Positions 1-25,900 of a DNA stretch of 64,000 nucleotides are shown here, in pieces. The position numbers and the translations under genes are program-made. The notes beneath the pieces were generated by a model. It saw nothing but the letters and a program-made list of their open reading frames with translations, did not search any database and had not been told where the DNA came from. How positions within the stretch are numbered: the stretch's first letter is position 1; the number at the start of each line of letters is the position of its first letter. Source of the DNA: Haliotis rubra (Eukaryota); the NCBI RefSeq assembly GCF_003918875.1, contig NW_025767344.1, positions 434,001 through 498,000 of the forward strand, given 5' to 3'.

Positions 1-206
1 ATGCATGTTACAGCTGTGAGAAATATTTCACAATGCAATCCACATGGGTGACTCCATTTCATGTAAGCAATGGTTTACCAACCATTTTTATCATTTTAAG
101 GAGCTTCTCAATTGAATTTATTTCAAATGTACAACATACACAAGAACGAAGAATTTATATTATATTTTAGCAACACATGTTATGTTTTGTGTTTGTGTGT
201 CTCCAG

Positions 207-2329
207 TATGTACCGAGTCCAGTATTTAGACCTGAGCATGGCAGCCATCGATGTGGACACCCTGGAACAGCTGTTTTCTGTGTGTACAGATCTAAAGAAA
301 ATCAGCTTGGAGAATGCTGAGCTCAGTGATAATATATGCAGGTTTGCACTGTTGATTGCTTGAGAAAACAATTATGAGAGAAAACAATACAGTTGATTGT
401 TATCTTTGAAAAATGGGCTGTCAAAACCCCTTTCAGTCACTCTGACATCCCCTCAGTTCGTTTAATTAAAAATCATCAGTTTGATGGCTGTCCATTTTGT
501 CAGTGGTCAGTCTTAGGAATTTTAAAACAGACTTTCTAATGTCACCACATTTAACATGTAATGCTACCTCCTAATTTCTGCAACCTGCCAAATAGCCTTT
601 CTAACAAATTCCATGCTGAAGAACTCCTATATTTGTCACATTTATTCATTATGCCCAGTGAGTTTGGGTAACAACTATGCACAAGTTTTCATGGAGACAT
701 ATACTTTCAGCTATATTGGAGAGAACAAGGATCTGGAGACTCTGAACTTATGTATGTGTCGAGGAATCACTGCTAATGGTCTGGTACCCATCATGTCAAA
801 TTGTCGGAAACTTGACTCCATCAATCTGGCCTGGACATCCTTAGATCGTAACAATGTCATGTACGTGACGCTTTGTCTGCCGGACAGTGTACACAAACTC
901 AACATTAGCGGTTGCAGAGACAACATCACTGATGAAGGTAAGGGATTCTTGTTTAGGTGTGCTCATACATTTAGGTTCATTGAATGGTCAACAATACTGC
1001 CACTGGTAATACCTTAAATGCAATACAAGATACCTTGTTAGCTAGGGCTAGCCAAAATTTTGATAATCAGAAATCCTGGGAAGAATTAGTAATGATTATT
1101 GATGTGAAATTGTGTCATCGGTAATATCCTTTATGAACTATTGTGATGAAACAAAGTTCTAATTTACACACGCAATACACATACACAAACTTAAGTCTTT
1201 ATTCAGAGGATGCTTCAAAACCATGTTCAGAATGCTGTTTTGATAGAAATCTATGCATAAATGTATCATGACTCACCTGTGAAATGAAATATTTGGATTT
1301 CTTTTGCATCCTTTTGAATTTTGCTCAAAGTTACTTCTCCAATATTTATCAATAATCGATAGACACAAATGTATTTTGTACACGATTATTGATCTGTATA
1401 ATATATATTGATAGGCAGCCCTATTATAATCGTACGTCCATATAAACCATACATGTGAATGTATCTAATGCTGTATTCCCTCTGTAGATGTGTTGCAGTT
1501 GTGTCGTGCATGTCCCTACCTGAACGAGCTGGACTTGAGTGATTCAACCAGCATCACCTGTGCCTCAGTACACCACATAGCTGACCACCTCACAGAGCTG
1601 GAACACCTGGCCCTCAGCAGATGCTACCACATCGCCTCCACCACATTCCCGTCAGTATACATGCTCTCCTCTACTTATAACCCAAGTCCCAACTGTGGGT
1701 TCCCCAGTACCCCATGCTTGTTTAATGGCAAACTAATGAGGAATTGTTGTGTTGGTTACAGTGTATGGTAGTCAGTGCCAGTGAAGATTATTCCATGTGC
1801 AGTAAACAACTGTATTATTCATACTGTCATGTTATAGCTGGAATTTTTCTGACTGCTGTATAACAGAATATCCTTTCATTGATTCCTTATGACATTAAGA
1901 AAGGGCATTTGACTCCCTTGATGTGTACCTTTTATTATTGGGATATTGTACTTAGACCACATTGCATTTTATGTGCCCACAATGGTGTAAGTGGTAAGCA
2001 ATTTATTTAAAAATTATGGGCTTTTCTTTATTTCGAAACATAAACCTGTTAGACAGCATAGGGAATAGGTGTATGTGTATTTGCTTATTCTATAGTTTTG
2101 GAAGAAATTTCATTTTGACCTTTTTTCCACCAGTGTTCTTGACAAGATCAGCAACCTGCTGGCACTAGATCTGTTTGGGATGTTCCGTGAGGATGCACTG
2201 CAGGTTGTACGTCGCAGCATGCGCCACATAGAGATTAACAAGTTCCCCTTCTCCAGCATCGCCAGGCCCACCACCGGCATCAGGCGCACCAGCATCTGGG
2301 GGATCCGTGTCCGTGACAACAAAGTCTGA
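207..2329 (+). CDS. SKP2: S-phase kinase-associated protein 2 (F-box/LRR protein), last four coding exons; 5' part lies outside the window
   Basis: GT-AG exons 207-341, 711-937, 1488-1650 and 2134-2329 join in phase. They encode LRRs (QYLDLS, LETLNLCMCRGIT, KLNISGCR, ELDLSDS, LALSRCY) and the SKP2-type C-terminus FSSIARPTTGIRRTSIWGIRVRD; stop TGA at 2327-2329. Confidence 0.9.
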
Positions 2330-5300
2330 TAAACGTCCACACTAGGCAGCCTTTTTATATATCATGGACCAAGCAATACACTTCAGTTTCTTGCAATGTA
2401 TCTCAATATTTCATCCACAGAGGTAACAGATTACTATTGAGGCCTTCCTGTGCTAATATTTGGTACCTGGCATTGTCAGCTACGGGTTTAAAATGTTTCT
2501 ATGACATGTTTTACGTTTCTCATACAAATATAGTTCGTTATGGATAGGTCTTCAAATAGAAAAATGAAAATCTACATGTGTTTTATGTTTGAATTCCTGT
2601 CATCAGTCATACTATCATTGTTGATGTTTGCAAGCATCTCAATGTGTATTGAAGCTTGGTCCTTGACAAGATTTTATATCATCTGTGATTACTTCAATGC
2701 AGCGGAGCATATCTCCATGTTGTGTTGTGATCCATTGTTAAACATACAATTCATTTCTCTTAATAATGTTATTGTTAATTTACATAGTTACTTTTTGATG
2801 AAGAAACTGAAAGTATGGTACAATGTCTACATTTGTATCAGGCTTTAGTGTTTAGTATCTCAGGTATGTTTCTTATCAAGATGGGTGTCTGTGTACCTGT
2901 ACGTCTTACCTTAACTGATGGAATGTCTTTATTGGAGGGTATCACAAGCCAAACAGAAGAATATTGTAGGTAGTAGTCATGGATTGTTACTTCGTAGAAT
3001 ACCATGTTGATATTCATGCTGAGTTAAATTACTTTGAAGGAGGATCTAGAACAGAATCTAGGGGCATAAGTTTACTGAGCCAAGCATATGTAAAGGCCTG
3101 CTCAGGAATAATGTAGTATTAGAACACATAAACATGTCATTGGAGTCAAAATAATGCAAATGGGGAATATATGGAAATCAGTTTTACGCAATTCTGTTAA
3201 ATCAGTTTGGCGGGTGGGGACTGGTCTGTTTGTTTCTATACTATTTCCCCTTGACATGATTGCCACAAACAGCTGCAACATTGCTGATGTGTTATGTAAT
3301 ATTTACCCACTCACTCACTTTGACATGCGATCATTGCAAGGTTAATCATTGTCTTACAATAGAACTTTCTCTTCCTGTCAAAATCTAATGACTCCCAAGA
3401 AAAAATAGTTTGGCAGTCACAATAGCAAATGAATAATTCACAATGTTTTTTGTTACTGAAGGACATATGTTTTGCAAAATCCTTTCTATAAATATTAGAT
3501 TCCTGTTCAGTTAGGAGCGTATATAAACATGTTTCTGTGGTGCCGAAGGTTACATTCGATAACCCAGATGATCTCACGTCAGTATTGCTGACTCAGGCAA
3601 GTGATAATTTTCTTCACTTGTTCACTGTCCCTCACAGTATTGTAAGTGTGTTGTCCACATTGCTCAAATTTACAAGTCCCCATGATATTAACAAACATTA
3701 AATCTACAGCACATTCGATGCCATGAAAGGACCTGTGTAAATGTTGGGTTTGCAAATGGTGGGTGGGTTGGTGGAATCCTGCCAACATAAGAAGTTTGAA
3801 TGTGAATATCCTTGTCAGGATCTTTACATGTAAAGTACATATGCTAATTCTGTGCAACTGTCCATGCCCTGGTGTATAGTGAGGTAACATCAGTGAGTTT
3901 AACCCCTATTGTGTTGCCATTGGTACCTAGAATCATACAGCTAGTCAAACTACATACAGCTACCGGGGCATGGTGGTCCAGGTGTTTGAAGCACTGCAAT
4001 TCACTGTGAAGAGCTGTTAGTTGGGTTTGCCAGAAATCTATGATAATGGGTTTGAATCCCCATCTGGCCAAGATTACTTCCTGGCTTTCTCAGCAACAGA
4101 CCCTTGCTAGTGGATTCAACCGAAGCACTACACAAATGGAACCTGCATCACTTCAGGGCTTTCTTGCACATCAAGCTGATATACCATAAAATAACTGGAA
4201 TACAGTTGACAGAAGTCAACCCACTCATCTATTAGGTGCAGTTACATTAACTCTGTATACCTGTAGCATATGTATGAGGACAAATCCTTGACTATGCTAT
4301 GTGGTACACCGGGTATGTATGAGTGAGGACTTGCCAGTATTCAATTTCTCCATGTGTAACTAATTCAATATTGAATGGTCAGTATTTATTCAGTATTTAT
4401 GTGCCGATTGATCATCTAATTGTATTGCTTTTCTAATGTATAACTTATACTTCACTGTTATAAATTAAATTCATTTCAAACCAGTTTCACTAGGAGATTA
4501 ACACTGCTGTCAAGCTAATGCATGAATAATTTCAAGAGAATCTGTTTGAAAACTAGTATGTTTTCTAAAAGGTGGGGGTGTCTTTGTTTCGGTATTGCCT
4601 TAATGTTCAAATTACCTGTCACTTGAAAGTCCTGTAAGTGACAAAACTTGAGTAAGACAAGCATAATCAGTATGAAAATATTGTGTCATAATTATTTCAA
4701 CATGTCTGTTCTTCAATGTTGCTGATAAGCAGAATGCGATATTAACACAACTCACACTTCAACAATGATTTTTATTTTTAATGAAGTAACCTATCGACAA
4801 TTTAATGTGTTAACTGATGCTGTTGCTGGTTTATATTTGTAATCAATTGAATCATGTTTGTCACATTCTTGTTAAATTTTTATCTTTTTTAATGATGAAA
4901 ATAATGTTACAATTAATTTTAGATGTTGATCAAATTGAAATGTTTGTAAAGGACATTTTTGTAACAGCTGTTATATCTGTTGATGGTAAACCCTTCCTCT
5001 TGAAATGAAGCTCAACTGTTTATTATTGATGTAGATCAAATTCAATAAATGGCACACAATTTGTTCAATTTTGCCCCGATATTCTCATGAAGCCATGTAG
5101 GTGTAATGATAATATTCTCCTTACCTAAATTAACCCACAGGAGTAATCTAAACACATTCATTGCAGTGGGTATGTAATGTATCCCCACAGTATTCATCAT
5201 GTTCGTAGTAACAAGAGGCTTTGTGTCTGTGGCTTGGTTGTCACTGGGTGGACTGTTTTCTTTGCAATACTTTTATTCTTATTTGATTTAAACTTTTTAA

Positions 5301-5444
5301 CTCATTATATCCTGGATAATATGAAATCTTTTTGAAGACAAGCTTTATAGTTGAAAACAAATGCTTAATAAAGTCATGCTCAAAAGTTAAGACCGGGTGG
5401 TTACAAATGTCTGAAAGAACTATTCATGTCTTGAAGATTATTTT

Positions 5445-5581
5445 GGGCAGTTGGGTAGCCTAATAGGTAGGACCGGGTTCGATTCCCCATATGGGTACAA
5501 TGTGTGAAGCCATTACTTGTGTCCCCCCCTGCCATGCTATTGCTTGAGTATTGCTGAAAGTGTCATAAAACCATACTCACT
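5445..5581 (+). mobile_element. SINE family A copy
   Basis: Same B-box, body and tail as the 24082 copy. A more decayed copy lies at ~7497-7633. Confidence 0.75.
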
Positions 5582-6512
5582 GCCTTGAATATTATTTGAG
5601 TACCTAGTGTCCTATCCATGCCCCTGCAGTTAAAATCTGTTTTGGATGACAGCATTTTGACAGACTTCTCTTTTCCTTCAAAGGAAATATTAAATATGGC
5701 CATATTCCACTGATTTAGATTTTGGCTTACAGAAAACCTGACCCATATTTTGCTTTCACACAATATATACCACACATCAGAATAATGCTGATGTTGTTTA
5801 ACAGGAAACACTGCTGTCATCAACTACTATTTGTTCTAGGTGTTGTCTGTGTTGGAGAGGAGTATTCATGGTTGTGTAGACACGTGATGTAAAACTCTCT
5901 TGTATGTGAAGTATCCTGCATCTGTAGACAGTGTCAGACTGACTTAAGACTGTTTGGATTGACTTATGAAATTTCCAGATTTTAATGTTAGTTTTTGTAT
6001 GTGATAATCTGATAATAAATTTCATAAAACATCCTTTTTCGTGAAGTTATTGGTATTCTCAATTACAGGAAACTGACTGACCAAGCTACAGTATGTAGTC
6101 AACGATGTTGAAGTTTGTTGTTTAAGTGATTGGCATCATGAACATGGCTCTACCCGATTGGGACATAATGACATATATCAACAAATTTAGTGAGTCTGGC
6201 CATATGACGTTAAATGCCTTTTACAAGGATGGGTTGCTGAAGACAAACATGACCTGGACCTTTGCAGTCCAAAACTTGAAGGCCACATTGTGAAACTCCT
6301 GACGTAAATGATGGTGACAGTGACAGTGCTTGGTATGCAATCATTTGTGACTTGGAATGACGACTGGCCTGACACATAATTGACAAAATGCAGATATGCC
6401 ATTTTAGTTAAAAGAAAAGTACTTGATATGTCTGTTCTCGTCAGTGTAGCAGGCAATATCAACAGGATTATCACTGTGACAGACAAAAAAACTAATGACT
6501 TTATAATTTGTT

Positions 6513-6518
6513 TTTATT
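6513..6518 (-). terminator. Candidate KRI1 poly(A) signal
   Basis: AATAAA on the minus strand ~25 nt after the KRI1 stop codon. Confidence 0.5.
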
Positions 6519-6542
6519 TCATATGTACAAATTCTGAATATC

Positions 6543-19623
<13,081 letters not shown>

Positions 19624-19635
19624 GCTTGTGCAGAA

Positions 19636-19972
19636 CCGGAAGTTGACGACCATTGCGAAAACATTTGGAATGAAATCTATACGAACGGCGAATTCCAATG
19701 CAAATATCATTCTAACTTCAGTTAATTGACGATGAGCTCTCGAAGTTTATTTTGTCTTCTTCGATATCATATTATTTCAAATATTCAAATTATGTTCAGA
19801 TAAATATTATTAAACATTTATTATGTCTAATTCATCATTGACACTTTTGTAATAAACCGGATGTTTACAACAAAAATGGCCGCCTCCATAATTCATAATG
19901 TGCTAACTTGTTTAGTAATCTGTTTTAGAGTGTAATGACGCTATCGCTGATTTTTGTTTGATTTATTAGACA
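19636..19972. promoter_or_regulatory. Bidirectional promoter KRI1/PIGG
   Basis: The two start codons face away from each other ~350 bp apart. ETS-like CCGGAAGT (19636) and ACCGGATGT (19856), and YY1-like AAAATGGCCGCC (19872). Confidence 0.7.
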
Positions 19973-22900
19973 ATGGAAAAGAAAGAGTATTTTGTAATTG
20001 GTTTGGCGTTGGTACAGCTTTTGTCTTTTCGATATTTCTGAAAGGATTTTTCCCTCTGAAACAAGGACTGAAAGGTTTTGCCAAACTGGAGGATTCCCCA
20101 GTCGTGCCTGGAGATACCGTTAATTCAGTACCAAGTGGACGCTACGACAGACTTATCGTAGTTGTTATTGATGCATTGAGGGCGGACTTTGTTCTTGCTT
20201 CTCAAACGTATATGCCGTTCCTGAAGGAATTGATAAGAGATCATCATGTGCTGTCTTTCACTGCAAAGGCCCACCCACCAACTGTTACACTACCTCGAAT
20301 AAAGGTATTCAACATGTTCAACGTTCACAACTCAAAATTGGAGAGTATGTACTATACAGACGGGATGCTCTTTTCCAAATTCCAATTGATAACATTGCAG
20401 TTCGTCGTTTTTCAAATGCCAGGTGGCCACATTACAACAGGTTTCTGATAATTGTATGGATTTAGTATGGTACGTAATGTTGTTGTGGTAGGAAATTTAT
20501 ATTGATCTCATCATCACCTGTTATTATTCAGGGTACATGTTCCCAATAGGGACCCATCTGCTTTTGATAGAGATGGGGTAACCTATCCCAAGACCCCAAA
20601 TTAACCATTTGGATTGTAATGGTATGCAACATGACTGGAGCCTATTAGTATTAGCAGTTACAGTGCCTAGTAGACTGCCGTCTTGTTGGCCAATGACAAC
20701 TTGAAGCAAGGTCAGGCTTATTTGTAAATTATCTAACACTTACATTATGCATGGCAACGTTAAAATATGTCAGCAACATTTGCAAAAGTATTTTTCAAAA
20801 ACAAAACAAGACCACAAATAACATAAAGATGGTTAACTCTACATACTCAGCATGACTAAAATAATACGAAAAAAAGGGCACTCCTGTCCATTTTATTGTC
20901 GATGTAAGTAAAATTAGTTAAATTGAGACATTACATGTATTCTTATCATGGCAAACTGACAGTCATCTTTTGAGATATGGACCCTTATATGGTAATCATG
21001 GTGGATAGACTTGAGTGAGTGCGTGAGTTTAGTTTTATGCTGCTTGTTAGCAATGTTCCAGCAATATCACTAGGGGGATGGGGAGACACCAGAAATGGGC
21101 TTCACACATTGTAGTATTTGTACCCATGTGGGGAAATTGAACCGGGTCTCGGTGTGACGAGTGAACACTTTAACCACAAGCCACCCCACCTCGCCGGGTT
21201 AGACATGATGGGGACTTATGATTAATGTAATAAATATACTAAGGATACAGTACAAATGAAAATTTGGAAATTGGAAGATCATATTGATGTTGAAGTCGAA
21301 ATGAGGCTTCAGATTGCAAACAATCAATTTTTTTTAGGCACTAACAACTGGTGGCATCCCAGGATTTGTCGATGTTGTTCTGAACTTTGGTTCAAGTTCC
21401 CTGGATGAGGACAACATCATCTCGCAGCTGAAGAGAGCAGGAAAGGAGATAGTGTTTTATGGTGATGATACATGGATGAAGCTGTTCCCAGATCACTTTG
21501 ACAGGACCGATGGCACAACGTCCTTCTTTGTCACAGATTATACTGAGGTAGACTACTCATCATCTGTATTAGGTTTTCATCATGTTGATGTTGTGGTAGC
21601 CCCACATTAGAATAGAAGGTCAATCTCTCATATCCTATGATGATGATCATGTTCACTATGTATCTAAAAGCTTTGGTAACCTGGCCAACATGGGTGGAAA
21701 TAATTGTCTTGCTCCCACATGTCATTGTTGTAGTAGAATATTGTACCAGTTATACAGAACAAACAGTAAATTGCATTGAAAATTGTGAAAGACATCCACT
21801 TTAACTAAGTGATTACACTGTACATGTTTGTTTACTGATACCAGAAAATGTGGGGTGTCATTTCTCTGTGACGTTTTTACCCTTGTTAGTATTGAAAGAT
21901 TAAGAAATGTGTATTTTGTTTAGGTTGATGTGATGGTGACCCGCCACCTCCCAGAGGAGATAACTCTTGATGACTGGGATGTCATGATCCTCCACTACCT
22001 CGGACTGGACCACATCGGTCATCTCGATGGCCCAAGGAGTCCCCTTATCAGTCCCAAACTGTTCGAGATGGACAACATTCTGCAGAAGTTGTATCAAGCG
22101 ATGAGGCAATGGGTAGGTCCATGTTTGACCTATCATGATATGAGAGTATAGAATTATCTAAAGTGCTGCAATTTGCTGAGCAGAGATGCAACCCAAAGAC
22201 ATGCAAGAAGCTGTAATCATTTCATTTGGAGTAAGTTTCTAGGTTTTTCAGCACTGTACCTGTACTTTCATCAAATGGTCAACTTCAAAGATAGACATCC
22301 TTTCTGGTTTTCCTGTGAACATGAAGTTGACAAGCTGTCATATAAACTGTGATTGTTTCCAGTCGGAAGAGAGGGACTTGACAAGTCTGATGATGGTGTG
22401 TGGAGATCATGGCATGAGTGATCAGGGCGGCCATGGTGGGGCATCACCAGGGGAGACAACTGTTCCTGTCATCTTCCTCAGTCCAAGCCTCCATGATGTT
22501 GTACCAGGTAAGTAAAGCCATTCTTCATGATGTTGTACCAGGTAAGTAAAGCCATTCTTCATGATGTTGTACCAAGTAGATGTGGGCAGTCTCCATGACG
22601 TTGTACCAGGTAGGTGTAACCAGCCTTGATGACACTGTACCTGGTAGGTGTAGCCAGTCTCAATGACACTGTACCTGGTAGGTATTGCCTTTAGATGCTT
22701 CATTCAGTCAAGTGGCATTTTGTCATCAGAACAACAGATAACTGTCAACTAGTGTCATACACAGTATTATGATGTGTCAATAAACATTGTGAATTACAGC
22801 AATATATGATTGACAACAACACAAACTTATAATGAAAGATGAATTTCATCAAGCTGAAAGTATTTTGGACAGGAGTTAATAATTTTGGAGGCAGTTTTTG

Positions 22901-25900
22901 TTTCTTTGTGATGTGATGTTATGTTCAGATGTCATCACATAAGCATAATGATTCCCAACCGTTGCAACATTTGATATACTTCATGTGTTCTCAAATCTCA
23001 ATATTTTGCTTGCAGTTTGGTACGGGTAGTTCATGGTTAACATGCTCTAAAGTGTCCTAAGCCAATTTCCATCATGGATTCAATGTGTGAAACTCATATC
23101 TGATGTAAAACACAACTCATTTACTTCTAATACTTGCTGTTACTATTCCAGGATTGAACCTGGCTAGTGCAGGAAGCATCATGCAGATCGATGTTGCCCC
23201 CACTCTGGCTGCCCTCATGGGAATACCCATACCTAAAAATAGCCTGGGGGAGATCGTTGCCCCAACTCTGGTTGGTTACAGCCTCGAGGACAAGGTCCGA
23301 CTGATGCAGCTCAATGCCCACCAGGTGGCAGTCTTACTTGAGCAGAATGTAGCTGATGTGGAGAAAGGTAAACACTCAGTACTGTCATTAAATACTGAAA
23401 TCATACTCATCTGTTAACACACTTACCTCAAGTTACAGATATTGTTGGCTGACACTTTAAGTGATTGCCTTAATCACATGGGGACATCCTTTACAGCTGG
23501 TAGGCATTAGATTAGAGATATTCTGCATCTTTATCCATTTAGATAGAATAACTCTCTTCTTGCCTCTGGCTCATCAGTTATTGTCAGATTCAGCTAAATT
23601 ATTGAACTTTTGTTGTCAGATGAGGAATCGTTTTCATAAATTGAACATCACAGACTTCAGCATCCCAAAAGATAATCATGCCAATAATGAAACAATCAAG
23701 ACTAAACCAACTGAAGAAATGACATTTTTCCTTATCCTGACTCATGCTTAATTGCTTGTCTTCTTCTTCTTGCGAACTATAGGGGAACACTTGAATCCCC
23801 TTTTGAAGCTCCCTTCAAAAAAGTGGACGTAAAATCACTCACCCCAGTAGTCTCCCTTTCCCCCATCTTTTGGCGCGAAAAGTTGGTCACATGATCGGCC
23901 ATGCTTGTCACTCTCTCCGCATGTTCGAACCCGACACTTGGATTTGCAGGGAAATCCAGAGTGCCATGAGGGGAGGTTGGGCGGGCTAACCTCATGAGTC
24001 AGGATAAGTACAAAATATCAATTTTAATCAGAAAATTACATTTTTGTGAATGTTGCAGCATGGTCTACCTCATAAGTTAGACGTCCGCTTGTCACGCTGA
24101 AGACCCGGGTTCGATTCCCCACATGGGTACAATGTGTGAAGCCCATTTCTGGTGTCCCCCCGCCGTGATATTGCTGGAATATTGCTTAAAGTGGCATAAA
24201 ACCATACTCACTCACCCATAAGTTAGAAAGCACTTGATGTAAGAACACAATTCCAGGTTTATGTTACAGCAGCTAGCAGGGTGAAAATAGAAGAAAGTAA
24301 TAACAAAGGAAAAGTGTTTTCCAAAACATATCTAAATCATACATGGACAAAATACTGTGGACTATTAAATATAGTTGTAGTTTAGTTCAGTTTACAGATG
24401 CTGCAAGATTAACATTAAGAAATAATCCACCTGAATTACAGTCTTTTCTTTATGATCATCATGATTATAACCCAGAAACTGGATATCGTCGTTATCGGCA
24501 AGTGATGATCAGACACTCTGATTGGCTCAAGACCAAAAGTGCAAACTTGTCAACAGTATCCTGGGAGATGCTTGGTAATCGTCTGGTGAAGGATTATGGG
24601 AACGCTGTGCAGGAGATGAGGTCAAGGGTCAGCGAAACCTCCACACACTATGACCTGTATGGGATGGCAGTGGGCATTGTATTGATCAGTCTGGTAGGTG
24701 GAATAACAAGTCAGTCTGGTGGGTGGAATAACAAGTCAGTCTGGTTGTAGTTCTACTGTCCACATGAACTTGAGAACCTTCGTTAGGAACTGCAACTGGA
24801 TTCAGCTAAATCTCAATCAGAAGGCATATCAGTCAGTAAATGCATGTCATAGCACTGGTAGTGACAAACTAGAAGTATAACATGGAAGTGTTTTAAAATA
24901 GAGAAACAACGTATTGAGATAGTACATATCATGTATAAGTTGTCAGGAGTTATTATGTTGTTACTAGCAAATCAGTACAACCCGGTTACATTTGTATAGT
25001 CTACCAAGTACAAGCTAATGTAGAACGTTGGATTCTGATTGCTGGTGAATTGTTTCTCCTTCCAGATACTGTTATTCCTGCTCTTGTTGTCAGTGTCAGA
25101 CATGTCAACATTGAAACTTTCAACCAATAGAATAGCAGTTTGTCTCATTTGCTGCATCCCTGTTGTGCTGGGTCACATGACCATGTGTACAAGTCAGCTC
25201 CGCAGTGACTTCCTGTGTACAACCAGTATCCTCCTCCTTCCAATTCAGCTAATCACAATGATGGCTGTTGTCATGGCAACACTGTTCCTGGTTATGTTCT
25301 TGGTCAGATACAGAGGCCGAATTATGGTAAGTTGAATATGTACGACTATCTTCACCATGCACTGCCATACACCACATCCCTTATATTTTATGTACTTGAA
25401 GATACCAATAAATTGTATTGTACTGTAAACTTAATCACTTGACTCTTCTCCCTTAGATTTCCAAGTAAGGTACTGAATCTTTGAAATGGTGGTTGGTTTG
25501 AATTGTTTTTAGCCAAGGATAGATGGTTCCAGAACACAAATTCATGCTGATACACGTGTGACCTTTCTGGCTGTGTTCAGTTGAGGCCAAACCTGCAGTC
25601 AGCCCCTGGTTTGCCTGGTCCACACTGGTATTTTAAGCGAAAATATTCCAGTTGTAATCTAATGGCATGTACTCTCTATCTCTTTGATGTCTAATATATA
25701 GTAATAAACCTGGAAATTTACTTTGTGGGAAGATAATTTATGATGTTACTGTTGTACTAGTATAATGGTCTGTATAGCTTTCTCACTTGTTTCAGTGTTT
25801 GAGGATGTCATGGGTTGGGTGGGTGTTTATGGGAGGGTCAGTACTGCACACTCTTAGCCTGCTGTCCAGCAGTTTTGTGGAGGAAGAACATCAGACCTGG

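Noticed and set aside
2540-6486. Short ORFs between SKP2 and KRI1
   Set aside because: AT-rich 3' UTR or intergenic sequence with no recognisable domains or consistent splice structure.
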